DNA of 64,000 nt from Centroscyllium fabricii (GCA_051313645.2 JBNRSN020000002.1:551490001-551554000), one strand, 5' to 3'; shown: positions 50,346-62,719, numbered from the stretch's first letter. Program-made: numbers and translations. The notes: a model not told the origin generated them from the letters alone.

Positions 50346-53300
50346 TATCGTCAGATATACTAATGTCGGGAGCCCTGAAATCATTTTTAATAAGGACAAA
50401 AATATACCAGTGTATTTAGGCTAATTTCTTTACAGATATGTCCCCCAAAGCAATTAATGAGGTAAAGTTTGGATATTACTTCTGGTGTTAACGATATAAG
50501 GAAGTCCCATCATTGGTAAAAGCTGTAAATGTTATTGTTTCAATATTTAGGAGAAGACAAAATGTTTGAAATATATCGAGCATGATTTGAACTTAGTTTG
50601 AAATTTGAAAACTGAATGTTATTGTCATGTACAAACCAGAATGTAGATGGTTAATTTCAAAATAGTATGAAACTTGCAACATAAATCATAACTTCACAAT
50701 TTTATATGTTTAATTATAATGTAGAAAAAATACTTTCATTGTAGCCTTTAACCCATTGTGCCAAATGTTTTAAAATACATACTGACCGCTATAAATAAAG
50801 CTGCATGCTTAGACTTTTATTTTGTCATATTAGAAATTATGAAGTAATTCTATCAGACCAGGGAGACACGAGATTGTGCTGATTATATAGAATTTCGTGA
50901 AACTGTTTTTGTTTTGCTCTTAAAGCATAGCGAATAATTTTTGTGAAATGTTCTATTGCTATTTGCCATTTTAAATACACAATTGGGGTTTGTTGCAACT
51001 GTTGTACATGCTACAGTTGATTTACCACTTTCATAAATTCTGCAATGTCACCAGACTTGCGTGTCCAATCATTGTCTTAGATATTCTTCAGGAAATAAAA
51101 GGAAAGTACTGCAATACACACCAATAAATAACAACCTTCGTACACTTATTATTTATACAGTACCTCATAGAACTCTTGTTAAATGTGAAAGAATTTATTG
51201 TTTACACCAGTACTGGAATACTCATGAGTGAGACGTCAACTGAATAATTTAAATATGCAACCAATTTTAAATGTATTTTTTACAAATGGCAATGGGATAC
51301 TAATCTATGGTTTCATAAAGAAAATCCTCTGAGGTCTGTGAAAATTTATTTCAGATTCTTTAAATGTCCAAATTAAAGGCCTGTTCATACAGATGGGTGT
51401 AATCATGTATCTAAATCCTGATCAGAACTCCGTGCCATCCTCAGGTCAGATAGATTATAAAAACCTGTTGTTTTCCCTTGTCTTTGAAATAATGGAGTCA
51501 CTAATCTACTTGATCTACATGAATTAGCTAAAGAAGAAAGTGAGTGATGCGTACATTTCAAAGATAGAAGGCACTTGTAAAAGCAATTTCTTTGGGAAAA
51601 ATACTGCACAGGCTGCTGAAACCTTTTAATGAGTACTAATTACCACAGCAGAAACGTTGGAGGCTTCAATGGATTTACGTCGCTGAATGAAAGATCAAAG
51701 ATTGTGGCACTTGCATTTTAATCTGTTGGCTAAAAAAATGAATAAGGTGCTGGTAATGGGGCCCATGAGAATGACAACACAGGTGGTAGGGACTTTAATC
51801 CCTTCTTTACTGTTGAAGCCCTAGGCCTATTCACGATTATATAATCAGCCATTTTTATTTCAACTTCATGTTCAAATATTGAGATTGTTTCTTGCCTAGG
51901 GTGAAAGACTGAAATTGCAGGTAGTGATATGAAAGGTAATTTCGTCTTTGTTTTGTTCTTTAAAGTCTGACTCCTGAAATGTCACTTTGTTGGTTTAAAG
52001 TGCTTATCCGTTTGTGGGGGAGGAGGGGGGCGGGCCAGGGTGAGGTAGTTAAAGTGCTTTGATGTGGTCTGATGTAGGGAGTGGCTTAATAAAGGCCATT
52101 GGCATATTTGCATCAATGACGTCCATCGAATACGATTGATCAGAAGGAATGGAAGTGACAGTTGCTTAGTGATAATTCAGTGTATTAATTCTATATTCAA
52201 ACAAACTACCTGTAGTTGCTTTGCTTCATCCAGGGGAACGAGCCCCATAGAATGTAAAGCACAAATAATTAATGAAATGGAATACATCAGTAATCAGGAC
52301 ATTCTTAGTAGAGTCACGACAACAAAGGCTTGTTCAGTCGAGATTTACGCTTTAGAAAAAATAGATATCAAGCTGTGCAGACAACGACTCCCATCTTTGG
52401 TAACATGGCGTAAAGGGTCATAAACTTAACTGACAGTCCCCATCAGGTCAGTCAAAAGCAATGTTAGAAACAAAGTTAGTAAGGGCCTGGGTCAAGCCGT
52501 GCTCTAAAGTCAGTGTTGTCAAAAGCCTCAGTCACATTCATACCTACAGGCAACCTCTGCTGATCCTGAGTCATTAATCAAACCGCAGAGCCAGTCTGAC
52601 CCTGGCTCCTTCCCTTTGAAGTGTGGTGTCCTTTCCAGCATGAGGAAATAATTTGCTGCCTGATTCAATGAGCCATCAGTGGAGCCAGCAGACCTAATGA
52701 CATGTGAGAATATTAACCTCCTACCACGAAGAGCTGTGAATCTTGAGAGGCAGTCTATAATTCACCCAGTGCACCGGAGGCACTCTGTCTCACAGCCCCT
52801 GTGACAGAACTTTGTTTTTATTACCACTTCCTTCTCCTCCTGCAACTTTGCCGTCAAGATTTTAAAGTAGATCTAATCTCACTCTTTTCTCACATCTCAT
52901 TTCAACCGCCGTCTCTTGCTTCTGCACTTTTATTAAGTTTATTAAAACCAGTTGAATCCTACTTTTTATGGCAGGGCTCTGTTTGCCCATTCATTATGGT
53001 CTCTTATCTTGGCAGGCAATCAGAACTGAAAGGCAGCTAGTCCATTATGCACATATGAAGCCCATCACTCCTTCAGCATTTGCCAATTCATCAAACATTT
53101 ATCATTTGCCCTCTGAACAGCATGTCAATTTGCCTGTCACTCCCCAGTCTGTGCTGCTTTGTTTGAATCTAAACATTGCCTTTTCACACTGGTGTTGTAG
53201 GCCTATCCTTATAACACATCGCCCCCTCCCTTCAAAAGAAAGTCTCCTCGGTGCTCAGCGGGGAGGCCAGTTGCCACTGCCTGTTGTGTGCAACATTTTT

Positions 53301-54921
53301 GTAAGATAATGAGGGTGAAGTGTGAGCCACAGGCAATGATTCTGGGATATTAGGTATGACAGGGCGCTTGATCATAATTATCTTAACGAGGATAGGGTTA
53401 ATTACAGTGGAAACTTAAAGTTCTTTCCATTTGAGTTGGGCAAAACGAAATGCATTTTGATGTTTTGTCATCTTGATGTGACTTTGGAAATTGCGATGTA
53501 AATCTCTCGGCTATGCTGGGATTCCTCTGGGAGAATGGTGTGAGCCCTGCAGTGAGGTAAAGGAGATGGTACCTGTGGGTGAGATAATGGGCAGTTTTCA
53601 GGTCATTAGAGCTGTGTGAATAGGCAGACACAGTAGGCATCATAACACCGCTCATCAGCTTTCCAACAAAACTGCTCAAAATCAACTACCAGTCATTACT
53701 ATTCATTTTGCTATTTGTTTCAAGTATGTGGTGGGAAAGTGTAAAAACATCAAGAGAAAAAGAAACAGAAGACATTTAAATAAAAGACAGTTTTCTGTTG
53801 GAGACTGTCAACGCCCACTATTCTCTTTCTCTTCCCCTCCCCCCCCCCCCCCCCCCCCCTTTCCCTTGGCTTACAGTTGTGAATTTAGCTGATTAAATCA
53901 CAAAGTGCACATTGTGCTGATGACATGAAAACAACAATTAATAAGCAAGCCCTTGTGTGATGCAGCTCCTTTTAACTGAGCAGCTAATAACATTACATGG
54001 CAAAATTATCAAAATCAGACAGGTGTAAGGGGATTTGTACAGACTTTTCTCTGCCTGCTTCTGATACTAAACCAGGCTTTAGTTGTGAGACTGGCTGTTT
54101 CAATGGGCAACTCCCTCTAGTGTTCCAGGGCCTTTGTCCCACTTCATGCTCTGTCATTTTGTTTTATGCTTCCCCTGAAGCATTTAGATGTGTGCTTTTA
54201 TTCCGTTTGCCAGTTCCAATCCATTTGCTGATTCTCGTGATAAGAATATTCTATTTACATAGTATTATTCAAAAACAATATGTGTTGTTATGGTTAAGTA
54301 TGCCAGAGCATAGTCGATTTGTTCCTGTGTCCAAACAGGCTTTCCAGGTGCAGAAAGGTGAAGAGGGGGGCTTCTTGCACTCGTCATTGGAAACAGAAAC
54401 CTCATATAATAAATATTACATTTAGTTTTATTTCTTCATCTCTTCAGATTGCACAGTGGGTCACATTTTAAGAGTGATGTTAAAACTAGATTCATTAGCT
54501 GCACACGAATGTGATATTTGAACTGAATGATGGATGACAACTTAAATTTGTGTCCAGGGAATGAAGGTGAACTGTGACAGAGTTATTTATCTTGGGAATG
54601 AAGGTTTGGGTCAGGGAAGGCTGGGTGCCTCAAGGCACAAGACATTGACAAATTCATCCTGTAGGCCCCATATCTGAAGCCTTTTGTTTTAGATCCTGGC
54701 TACTCACTAAGTGACCCCCATCCTTCATCCTGCCAGAGTGTGAAAAATGCGAGCCTGTGCCAGTGTGCTCTCTGCCACTAATTCTTGTCATTCACTCGCT
54801 TGTCAGGCCAAAACCAAAACTTTCCAGCTCATGAAAAGGAAGGTTGAAATATTTATTTCCGTGGATAATGGCCTTCCTGATTTAGTAGCATATCATTTTT
54901 CCTGTTCCCTTATTGTTGCAG

Positions 54922-55048
54922 GTCATTGGAAGGACTAGAAGAATTCATCTGCCTGGAAGAGCTAATCCTGGACAACAATCTTCTCAGAAATGACCTGCAG
55001 TTGCCTAGGTTACCACACCTTCATACCCTGACGATCAACAAGAACCAA
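54922..55048 (+). CDS. LRMDA: LRMDA (C10orf11) internal coding exon, leucine-rich-repeat region (127 nt)
   Basis: Acceptor ttccct-tattgttgcAG, phase 2. Translates (R)[42 protein letters not shown], matching the remembered human LRMDA segment [43 protein letters not shown]. Ends at an ATATCCT U12 donor. Confidence 0.93.
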
Positions 55049-56205
55049 ATATCCTCTGCACAATGACATTGTAAATTATGTAGCATCTAATTTAGAGGAA
55101 ATTACTTGAAATTTTGTTCATGCACAAATCATGTTCTCTTCACTGAGGGGCGTACCAGAAATTAATGAGCAGCATGTTAATTCACAAACCCAAATCATCA
55201 CAGTTTGGAATCGTTTTGCAAGCATTAATGGAAAAAAATAGCTTTAAAAAAAAAAAAAATAACGCAGGAAAGAGTTTGTCTTGGAAGAAAGGGGGCCCTC
55301 TGCTGGAATAATTATTGAATGAGATAAAATCAGGCCCATGCAAAATGCTAAACGGGGAAAAGGGCAAACAATTGGCACTGTTGTGCATAAATGGTGTTCA
55401 TTCCAGTATGTATTTTTAATTAAATTGAGATAAATACTATATTGCACTAGGGACTTAAAGCACATGTGGGAAATATCCATTGAACAACTCTAAAAGGAAC
55501 AAGGAACTGAGAAAGCTGAAGTTGTTTTAGGAAATATTCACTACAACACTTTCAAATAGACTTGTTATAACCCACATTTTTCATGGCTACTGCAATAAAC
55601 ACTCCATCGTATGCTTTTTGTACGACCCCTTAAAATACCCCACAGAAAGGCAATGTTTGCTGTCTTTTAAATTAACAGAGCCCTGCAGAGTCAATGAAGG
55701 TACAGGAACATTGATTCTCAGAATTTACTGGAGACATAATTCTGACTGTACAAAAGTATCAGCCCGGCATTTATATTCTTGTGGGGAAATAAGGCTGTTA
55801 TTGTTTGCCACTGTAGACTCATTTTACAATGGACTGAATGTATTCGTGATGGATGTAGTGTGAAGTAACTGTTTGTTTCCTTGTTGGAAAAGTTTCAGTT
55901 TCAACAATTGCTTACCATTTAGCCACACAACATCCATCATTTTGTCAATGTTTTAAATGTTTCACACTGAACCACCTTTGAAAGAAAGTGAACTAAAAAG
56001 AGGCACATTCTTTCAATATATGCCAAATTTCTGACATGTGTTAGCCGTGAATTGCCCCTTAAACAATAACTTTGACAAGTCTTGACTGCTGCAGTAAATT
56101 TGATTGTCAGCCCCTGATGTATCTGATTTTTTTTTACCTATGACTGCTTCTGTATAAATGCTTTTTCATTAATGTGATTGAATCCTTAACCGTGACCTTT
56201 GACAC
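55049..56205 (+). other. LRMDA: U12-type (minor spliceosome) AT-AC intron of LRMDA, 1157 nt
   Basis: 5' ATATCCTC, branch site TCCTTAAC at 56183-56190, terminal AC at 56204-56205, no polypyrimidine tract. Removing it restores the reading frame. Confidence 0.92.
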
Positions 56206-56345
56206 ATAACCGAATTAGACAGCCTTTTGGATCATTTAGCTGAAGTGGTGCCTTGGCTCAAGTACCTCAGCCTCCTAGGAAATGAAGCCTGTCCCAATGA
56301 ACTCGTTAGCTTGGACAACGATGAAAGTGACTACCAAAGATACAG
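56206..56345 (+). CDS. LRMDA: LRMDA next internal coding exon (140 nt)
   Basis: Follows branch site TCCTTAAC and an AC acceptor. Translates [46 protein letters not shown](R), in frame with the previous exon and matching human [47 protein letters not shown]. Ends AG/GTTAGT. Confidence 0.93.
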
Positions 56346-57394
56346 GTTAGTTGCACTTGTTGCTAAGAGATATACAATATATAGTGCAGTTACCTTCAGA
56401 TAAATGCCTTTCATTTATCTGGTGGAGAAATGCATAAAAAAATCAATGCTGTTCCTTATTTGTTTGATGTCTCTTAACTTTCAGCCACATTTGTCCATAA
56501 TATACCAGCTATTAATCATTTAAACGATAGGAGTGACTTAAGGAAGTTATTCAGTGGCAAGTATGCATGGTTCATTTAGGGCTGTCAAAAAAGACATATA
56601 CAACTGACAACCTTTACAGTATGTGATATACTATTTATAGCATGTCACACAGACATAGATCAGAAGAAGCACATCTAAAATATTGCTGTTAATAATAAAC
56701 TTTATACTGTGTTCTTGCTGGAATAAATAAAGAAAAGTAGTGCAAACTTGTTGCCAAGATTACAGCATGGCTATTGCATTTGCTTGAGCAATACAATGTA
56801 CAGAAGGAAAACTTTTAAAGTTCTAAACGTTCAATCTTAACGTTGAAAGTACTGACATGTGGAGGTCATGGCGTTAGGCTATTTAATCAAAACAACATTG
56901 CAGGCCCTTTCTGTCTCGATATTGTTTGCATTTTGCACCAGCAATAAACTACATTGACATCACAAATGGCAGCACATGTGACGTTTTGCCTCAATATAAT
57001 ACATTACTTTATCTTGGATTTGAATTTTGTTCCTGTGCTGTGATTTTGTCCTGAGGATAGACATTTGCATAGGCAGGATTTGGAAAACTTTAACTGGGGA
57101 AAACTGCAACCCCTAAAGGAACTTTATATTTTTTGTTGACATTGTATCTATTTTCCATTTTAAGCGCTCACTTTTATTTTGCACAGTCTCATTACCAAAC
57201 TGCCATCCTATTTCGACCCAATTCACACCCCCCCCCCCCACCCCCAGGTCACGCCCTTTTGCCCCCAATAGGCTTAAAGTCTTTTAAAGTATCCTGTTGG
57301 AATGTTTTTAAGCATATACTTTACTTGGGTAGTGCCCCGCATTAAGATGCTTGGATCTTCTCAATTAACAAAAAAGGAACACCCCACAAATCTC

Positions 57395-57750
57395 GGCTAG
57401 TTAAGGTTGTAAGCTGATGAGCCATACAAACTTAGAAGCCCAGTTTATTTGAGTCTCTGCTGAGTTTGCTAATCTTAACTGGGGCAGTGGTAGAATACTA
57501 TAATTGGCCTCCGCATTCCTGTTGTTATGATGAGGGAAGTCGGCCAGGATTCCTCATTTTGATCGCTATATTTGAAACCTGTGCCAACCCCTGTGAGGAC
57601 ATGGGTGGACTCAGCTGTGATGCCGCCTGCGGCTAAACAGCCTGCTGTTACTGTCTTGGCTCACACACGAGCAGCGGCCACTGAGGCAAGTCCTGAAGGA
57701 TGCCTAGCACCCGGGTGGGGGGGCGGGTGTGGGGAACCAGCAAGGAGAGG
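57395..57750 (+). mobile_element. LF-SINE-like element
   Basis: tgctgagtt.gctaatct..ggggcagtggtag..taattggcctc..ggccagg.ttcct..tgatcgctat..gtgaggaca..gctgtgatgcc..ggctcacaca. Confidence 0.7.
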
Positions 57751-58055
57751 AATAAAGGAGAAAATTAATGGTAGGTGAATAAAAATTAATAAAAAAGAGA
57801 GGGGAAATAGGACTCGGCAAATATAATCAAATATGTGGCCTTAGCCCTAGCATGCATGAAGTTGGATTATTTGTTCTGATATTCATTTTTTAAGGAGGTG
57901 ACAGATATGGTGGATGGGGCAAATGCACTAGATGTGGTGGACATCAGGACTTTCAGAAAGGCTTGACAAGGTACCACAGAGGAAAGAATTGGAGAAGATA
58001 AAGGGAAAGGAATTAAGGGGAGGGTGATAAATTGGATTTAAAAATTGATAAGGGA

Positions 58056-58274
58056 TATTAAGTCCGCGCTATCAAGGATTAATAACGACAGACTCGACGG
58101 TAAAGGTACAACTCAAAGCGATGTTTACTGGTCATAGTAAATCTGGAACTAACTTGTAGCGCTCCTCGCGCTTACATATATACATGAGTGGTGAACCGCA
58201 GTACTGCAATGTACTGACGTGCACAAAGTAGTGCCCAATAGTAATTAAGCATTACACTATGTACATACACCACA
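58056..58274 (-). mobile_element. Solo LTR (219 bp), Gypsy/BEL-like, 5-bp TSD
   Basis: TSD aggga at 58051-58055 and 58275-58279. Minus strand reads TGTGGTG...TTAATA (CA end mutated), with TATATA and AGTAAA in the expected order. Confidence 0.7.
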
Positions 58275-58537
58275 AGGGAGGAAACAGAGAGTAGGAGTTG
58301 AGAGCAGTTTCGCAGAGTGGTTGGAAGCGGTCAACTGTGTCCCATAGGCTTCTGTTCTGGAAGCATGTTCATTGTGTGCGTCAATGATTTGGATACAAGG
58401 CTATAGGGAGCAGTGTCCAAATTTGCAGAGAATACAAAAATAGGAAGTATAATGAGGACCGAAGAAAACTGCAAATAAGGGGCAAAAGGATTTCAGTGTT
58501 AGGAAATGTGAGGTGGTACATTTTGGTGAAGCTGTTA

Positions 58538-59154
58538 CAGGTTGAGCATCGTTATACCGGCATGGGCGGGACTAGGCCTGTGCCGGTAGAACGAAAAAAC
58601 TGGTAGAATGAAGCCGGCCAGTGCACATGCGCACCATTCAAAATGACCGTGCGCATATGCACAACATTGGAAATGGCCGCCGGGAGTTTTGATCGCCGGG
58701 AGTTTTGATCACCTGCAGTGTAGCTGCAGCCGCCCAGAACCCGCCGTGCAAAGATCCCTCGGCTCGGCTCACCAGGCAGACAGGATAGGACTCTCCCCCA
58801 ACCCCACCCTGGCACACAACCATAAATTGAGGCCCAGGCTGCAGGCCCAGCACAGCACTAACAAGTTAGTAGAGCCCGGTCCCGGGCAGCGCTGAGGGAG
58901 TGAGGCCGGAGTGAGCAGCAGATCCTTACCGTTCGGCGGCGCACAAATGAGGAGGCAAAGGTCGGTCTAGCCTCCGACGGCCGTTTTGAATGATCTGCGC
59001 ATGCGCTCGCCAGTCGGCGGCGTATGCGCAGATCATTCACCAAAGCATCGATCGCAGTGGTCATTTTGCGCATGCGCAGGACAGTCGGGGCAATTTATGC
59101 CGGCCGACTGAAGTTGCCGGCTTTTCGGTTACCGGATTAACGGTGCTCAACCTG
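58538..59154. mobile_element. Tigger/pogo-like MITE
   Basis: TA-caggttgagca...tgctcaacctg-TA. Confidence 0.85.
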
Positions 59155-59346
59155 TATTATATTTGAATGGGGTGATGTGGAAGAGTAGCTGGATTTGTTT
59201 TTTTTTAGGTTCACAAGACTTTAAAACCAGCATCTGAAGTGGATCGAGTGTTTTTTATCATGGTAACTAGCCTGCTGATACTGTGTTGGGAAGTGTTTGC
59301 ACGCACAATTGTCTGGCCCATAAGCTGGATGTTCCAGATGGCAGTA

Positions 59347-59630
59347 CAGGTTGTGCACCATTAATCCGGCACTGTCGGGACCAGGCCGGTGCCGGACCAC
59401 TGAAAAATCCGAACCACTGAAGGTTCGGGGAGCGCATGCGCAGACCATTCAAAATGGCCGCCGTGCATGCGCAGACCATTCAAAATGGCCGCTGCGCATG
59501 CGCAGATCAGTCGGGGAGAGGCCCGCGCATCGCGAGCATCCCTGGGATCACGTGGGCCGGCCAGCGGGATTCGTGCCGGACCACTGAAGGTGCCGAATTA
59601 TCGGGTGCCGGATTAACGGTGCTCAACCTG
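59347..59630. mobile_element. Tigger/pogo-like MITE (short variant)
   Basis: TA-caggttgtgcaccattaatccggcac / gtgccggattaacggtgctcaacctg. Confidence 0.85.
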
Positions 59631-59779
59631 TGCTCCTTTTAATACTGTTGCTTCTCATCGGTATCATCATAAAGTTTTGTCAATTATTTTCTCACCTGTT
59701 TACTAAGAGGAAGGAAGTTTTCTTATTGGTGAATAATTTTCTACCATATTTATAGCCACTGCTGAGTCATGGAAACAAT

Positions 59780-60720
59780 GGGCCCTGTCTTCCTGTGCTC
59801 CAGAAGAGCTGCCCCCCCACGAAAATGCTTCGTGGGGGGGCAGCTCAGGTGCTTACCAGAAACGTGAACTTCCTGTGCTGATGGGCAAGGGGCTTCAGCT
59901 TCCTCCCCATGAAGCACTTTGAGCTGCAGACTTCCTGTACTCTGATGCTCAATATTCAGGTGTACAACGTGGGGAAGCCTCCATTTTTCTGCCCACGTAA
60001 ATACCAGTCTTAAGAGAGTGCAGGCAGGTTTGAAAAGTGAAAAAAACAGGTTTAAAGTTTTTTTTAAAATGATTCCTTTGGAGATATTTGTTTGTGGTCT
60101 TACAGCTTGTAAATCTGATGGTTTTTATATTTTTTTGTGAAAGTTAAAAAAATCGGGAATTTGAACAGCTCAAATTCCCGATTTTTTTAACTTTCACAAA
60201 AAAATATATAAACCATCAGATTTACAAGATGTAAGACCACAAACATAAAGCTTTATATATTTTTTGGTGATAGTTAAAAAATCGCCGATTTCTACGCGAT
60301 GCCAGCTGAGAGCTGAGCTGTTTGAGCTGCGAGCTGCGAGGGGTTGAAATTGCCGATTTTTGACCTGTCACCAAAAAATATAAAAACCATCAGATTTACA
60401 AGCTGTAAGACCAGCTTCCTACAAACTGAAAAAAAACAAAGAAAAACTTCTTCCTTACCTGTTCTTTTCTTTAGTTGAACACTTGATTTTCTTTGATCTG
60501 TGCGTTCTGTGGGGGCGTGGTCTCAAAAAGCCGACCTCGGGGCGTGTCCTGCACCCGACCAACGCACAAAGCACTACGCACCAAAAAAAAACAGACCCCT
60601 GCCCACGAAAAAAAATCGACATTTCACACAGGAAGTCCAGCAGATAAAAAAATAAAAAATCTCGGACGGGTGCAAATCTGCACGCACCTGCAGTAATCAG
60701 GCCACAGGAAGACAGGGCCC
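59780..60720. mobile_element. Harbinger-like MITE with large internal palindromes
   Basis: Perfect 18-bp TIR gggccctgtcttcctgtg, flanks aat/att. Confidence 0.85.
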
Positions 60721-60939
60721 ATTATGAAAAGCACAAGATCCGTTACAGAAAAGTAATGTAACTGAACACAGATTCTGTTCTGCAGCATCAGTGTGAAGCC
60801 CAGTGTAAGAGTCCACTTGATACCAGTTAATGGGGACATTTTGTTTGTTCTAATTGATTCCCAATATACATAAATCAGTCCTGATGGATATTGTTTGATG
60901 GGAATGATCGGATAAATGGTATTATGGATGTCGTGAAAC

Positions 60940-61812
60940 TTCAGTACGATTTGGACAGGTTGGGTGATTGGGCAGAAACATGGTGGGTGCAGTATAATGT
61001 GGATAATTGTGAGGTTATCCACTTTGGTGGCAAAAACAGGATGGCAGATTATTATTTGAATGGCACTAGATTGGGAGAAGGGGAAGTGCAAAGAGACCTG
61101 GGTGTTCTTGTGCACCAGTCGCTGAAGGTAAGCATGTAGGTGCAGCAGGCGGTTAGGAAGGCAAACGGTATGTTGGCCTTCGTAGCGAGAGGGTTCGAGT
61201 ACAGGACAAGGATGTCTTGCTGCAGTTGTACAGGGCCTTGGTGAGACCACACCTTGAGTATTGTGTGCAGTTTTGGTCCCCGAATCTGAGGAAGGATGTT
61301 CTTGCCATGGAAGGAGTACAGTGAAGATTCACCAGGCTGACACCTGGGATGGCAGGAATGACGTATGAGGAGAGATTGTGTCGATTGGGCTTATACTCAC
61401 TGGAGTTTATAAGATTGAGAGGAGATTTCATCGAAACCTATAAAATTCTGTCAGGCCTGGACAGACTAGATGCAGGAAGGATGTTCCCGATGGCCGGGGA
61501 GTCCAGAACCAGGGGGTCACAGTCTAAGGATAAGGGGTAAGCCATTTAGGACAGAGATGAGGAGGAATTTCTTCACCCAGAGAGTGGTGAACCTGTGGAA
61601 TTCTTGTCACAGAGGGCGGTGGAGGCCAGTTCATTAAATATGTTCAAGAAGGAGTTGGATATATTCCTTAAGGCTAAAGGGATCTAGGGATATGGGGAGA
61701 AGGCAGGGACAGGGTACTGAATTTGGATGATCAGCCATGATCCCATCGAATGGCGGAGCAGGCTCAAGGGGCCAAATGGCCGACTCCTGCTCCTATCTTC
61801 TATGTTTCTATT
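60940..61812 (+). mobile_element. CR1 LINE 3' fragment (stops and frameshifts)
   Basis: LQYDLDRLGDWA, CEVIHFGGKN and RLRGDFIETYK motifs, CR1 tail. Confidence 0.93.
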
Positions 61813-62456
61813 TCATTTACACCAGGGGCACCAGTTAAAAGGATTAAACTGTTCAGTGTATGGGTTGCATAAAACCTGGAATGATGCTGCAACACACTAC
61901 AGGTGAAAGCCATAAACCTCCAAAGAGAATGATCTCTTTTAATTGTAAAAAGCTTGAGGTACGTGTAAATGGTTTTTAGTTGAGCAGCAGTTTCCAACTT
62001 AATATCCTTATTTTTCCACAGACCTGTAACTTGGTATGTACACTTTTAAGTTTGTAGCCATTTGTAACAACACTGGCTCAAATTATGGGCTTCGAAACTA
62101 AGCATTCAAAGGAAAACTTCTGTACTTGGGAAGATGGGAAAGGTAATGAAAGAGGGACATGCAGACTCATTGTGAGATGCTAATCATAATCTCAAGTAAC
62201 TCTTTTCTCTGGCTATTCCTTGCAAAAACATGTGCTGACGTGATGGCCAAGATGATTTCCTCTTGAATACCTCCTTCCTTCTTTGCAATTCCTCATCCTC
62301 AGTAACTTTAAAAGTCAACCTGAATTCCCCTTATTCCTCTCCCCTCTTCCTTCTTCCTGTCCTCACTCCATCTCATGGTTCTACTCACACCCATAGCCAC
62401 TTACTTGATCTTGCCACCTCTGAGAAGACCATTGAGAAGGCTACTTCTAACTACGA

Positions 62457-62645
62457 CAGGTTGTGCACCATTAATCCGCCACGGGCGGGACCAGGCCCGT
62501 GCCGGGAAACAGAAAAAACCGGGAGAACCGCTGAAGCCACGATGGCGGCGGCCATCTTGCGCATGCGCAGTGCAGTCGGGGCAATTTGTGCCGGCAGACT
62601 GAAGCTGCCGGCTATTCGGGACACGGATTTTCGGTGCACAACCTG
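62457..62645. mobile_element. Tigger/pogo-like MITE (shortest variant)
   Basis: caggttgtgcacc / ggtgcacaacctg-TA. Confidence 0.8.
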
Positions 62646-62719
62646 TACTTTATTTCCCTTGCCATCCGCATCTTCCGTCCCAATTAGAGCAAAGCTCTTT
62701 AGCCCTATCACATCCAGTT

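Larger units (their letters stand above)
57830..59340 (+). mobile_element. Old degenerate CR1 RT fragment, split by a solo LTR and a MITE
   Basis: Decayed DFQKAFDKVP, RKQRVGV, NDLD, SKFA and KCEVVHFG remnants. Confidence 0.7.

Noticed and set aside
1-54921. Upstream LRMDA exon (…LDLSFNLLR) and downstream exon (…FVLYKL..LKFLD)
   Set aside because: Not found by eye on either side of the two exons. They probably lie outside the window, but a diverged exon could have been missed.
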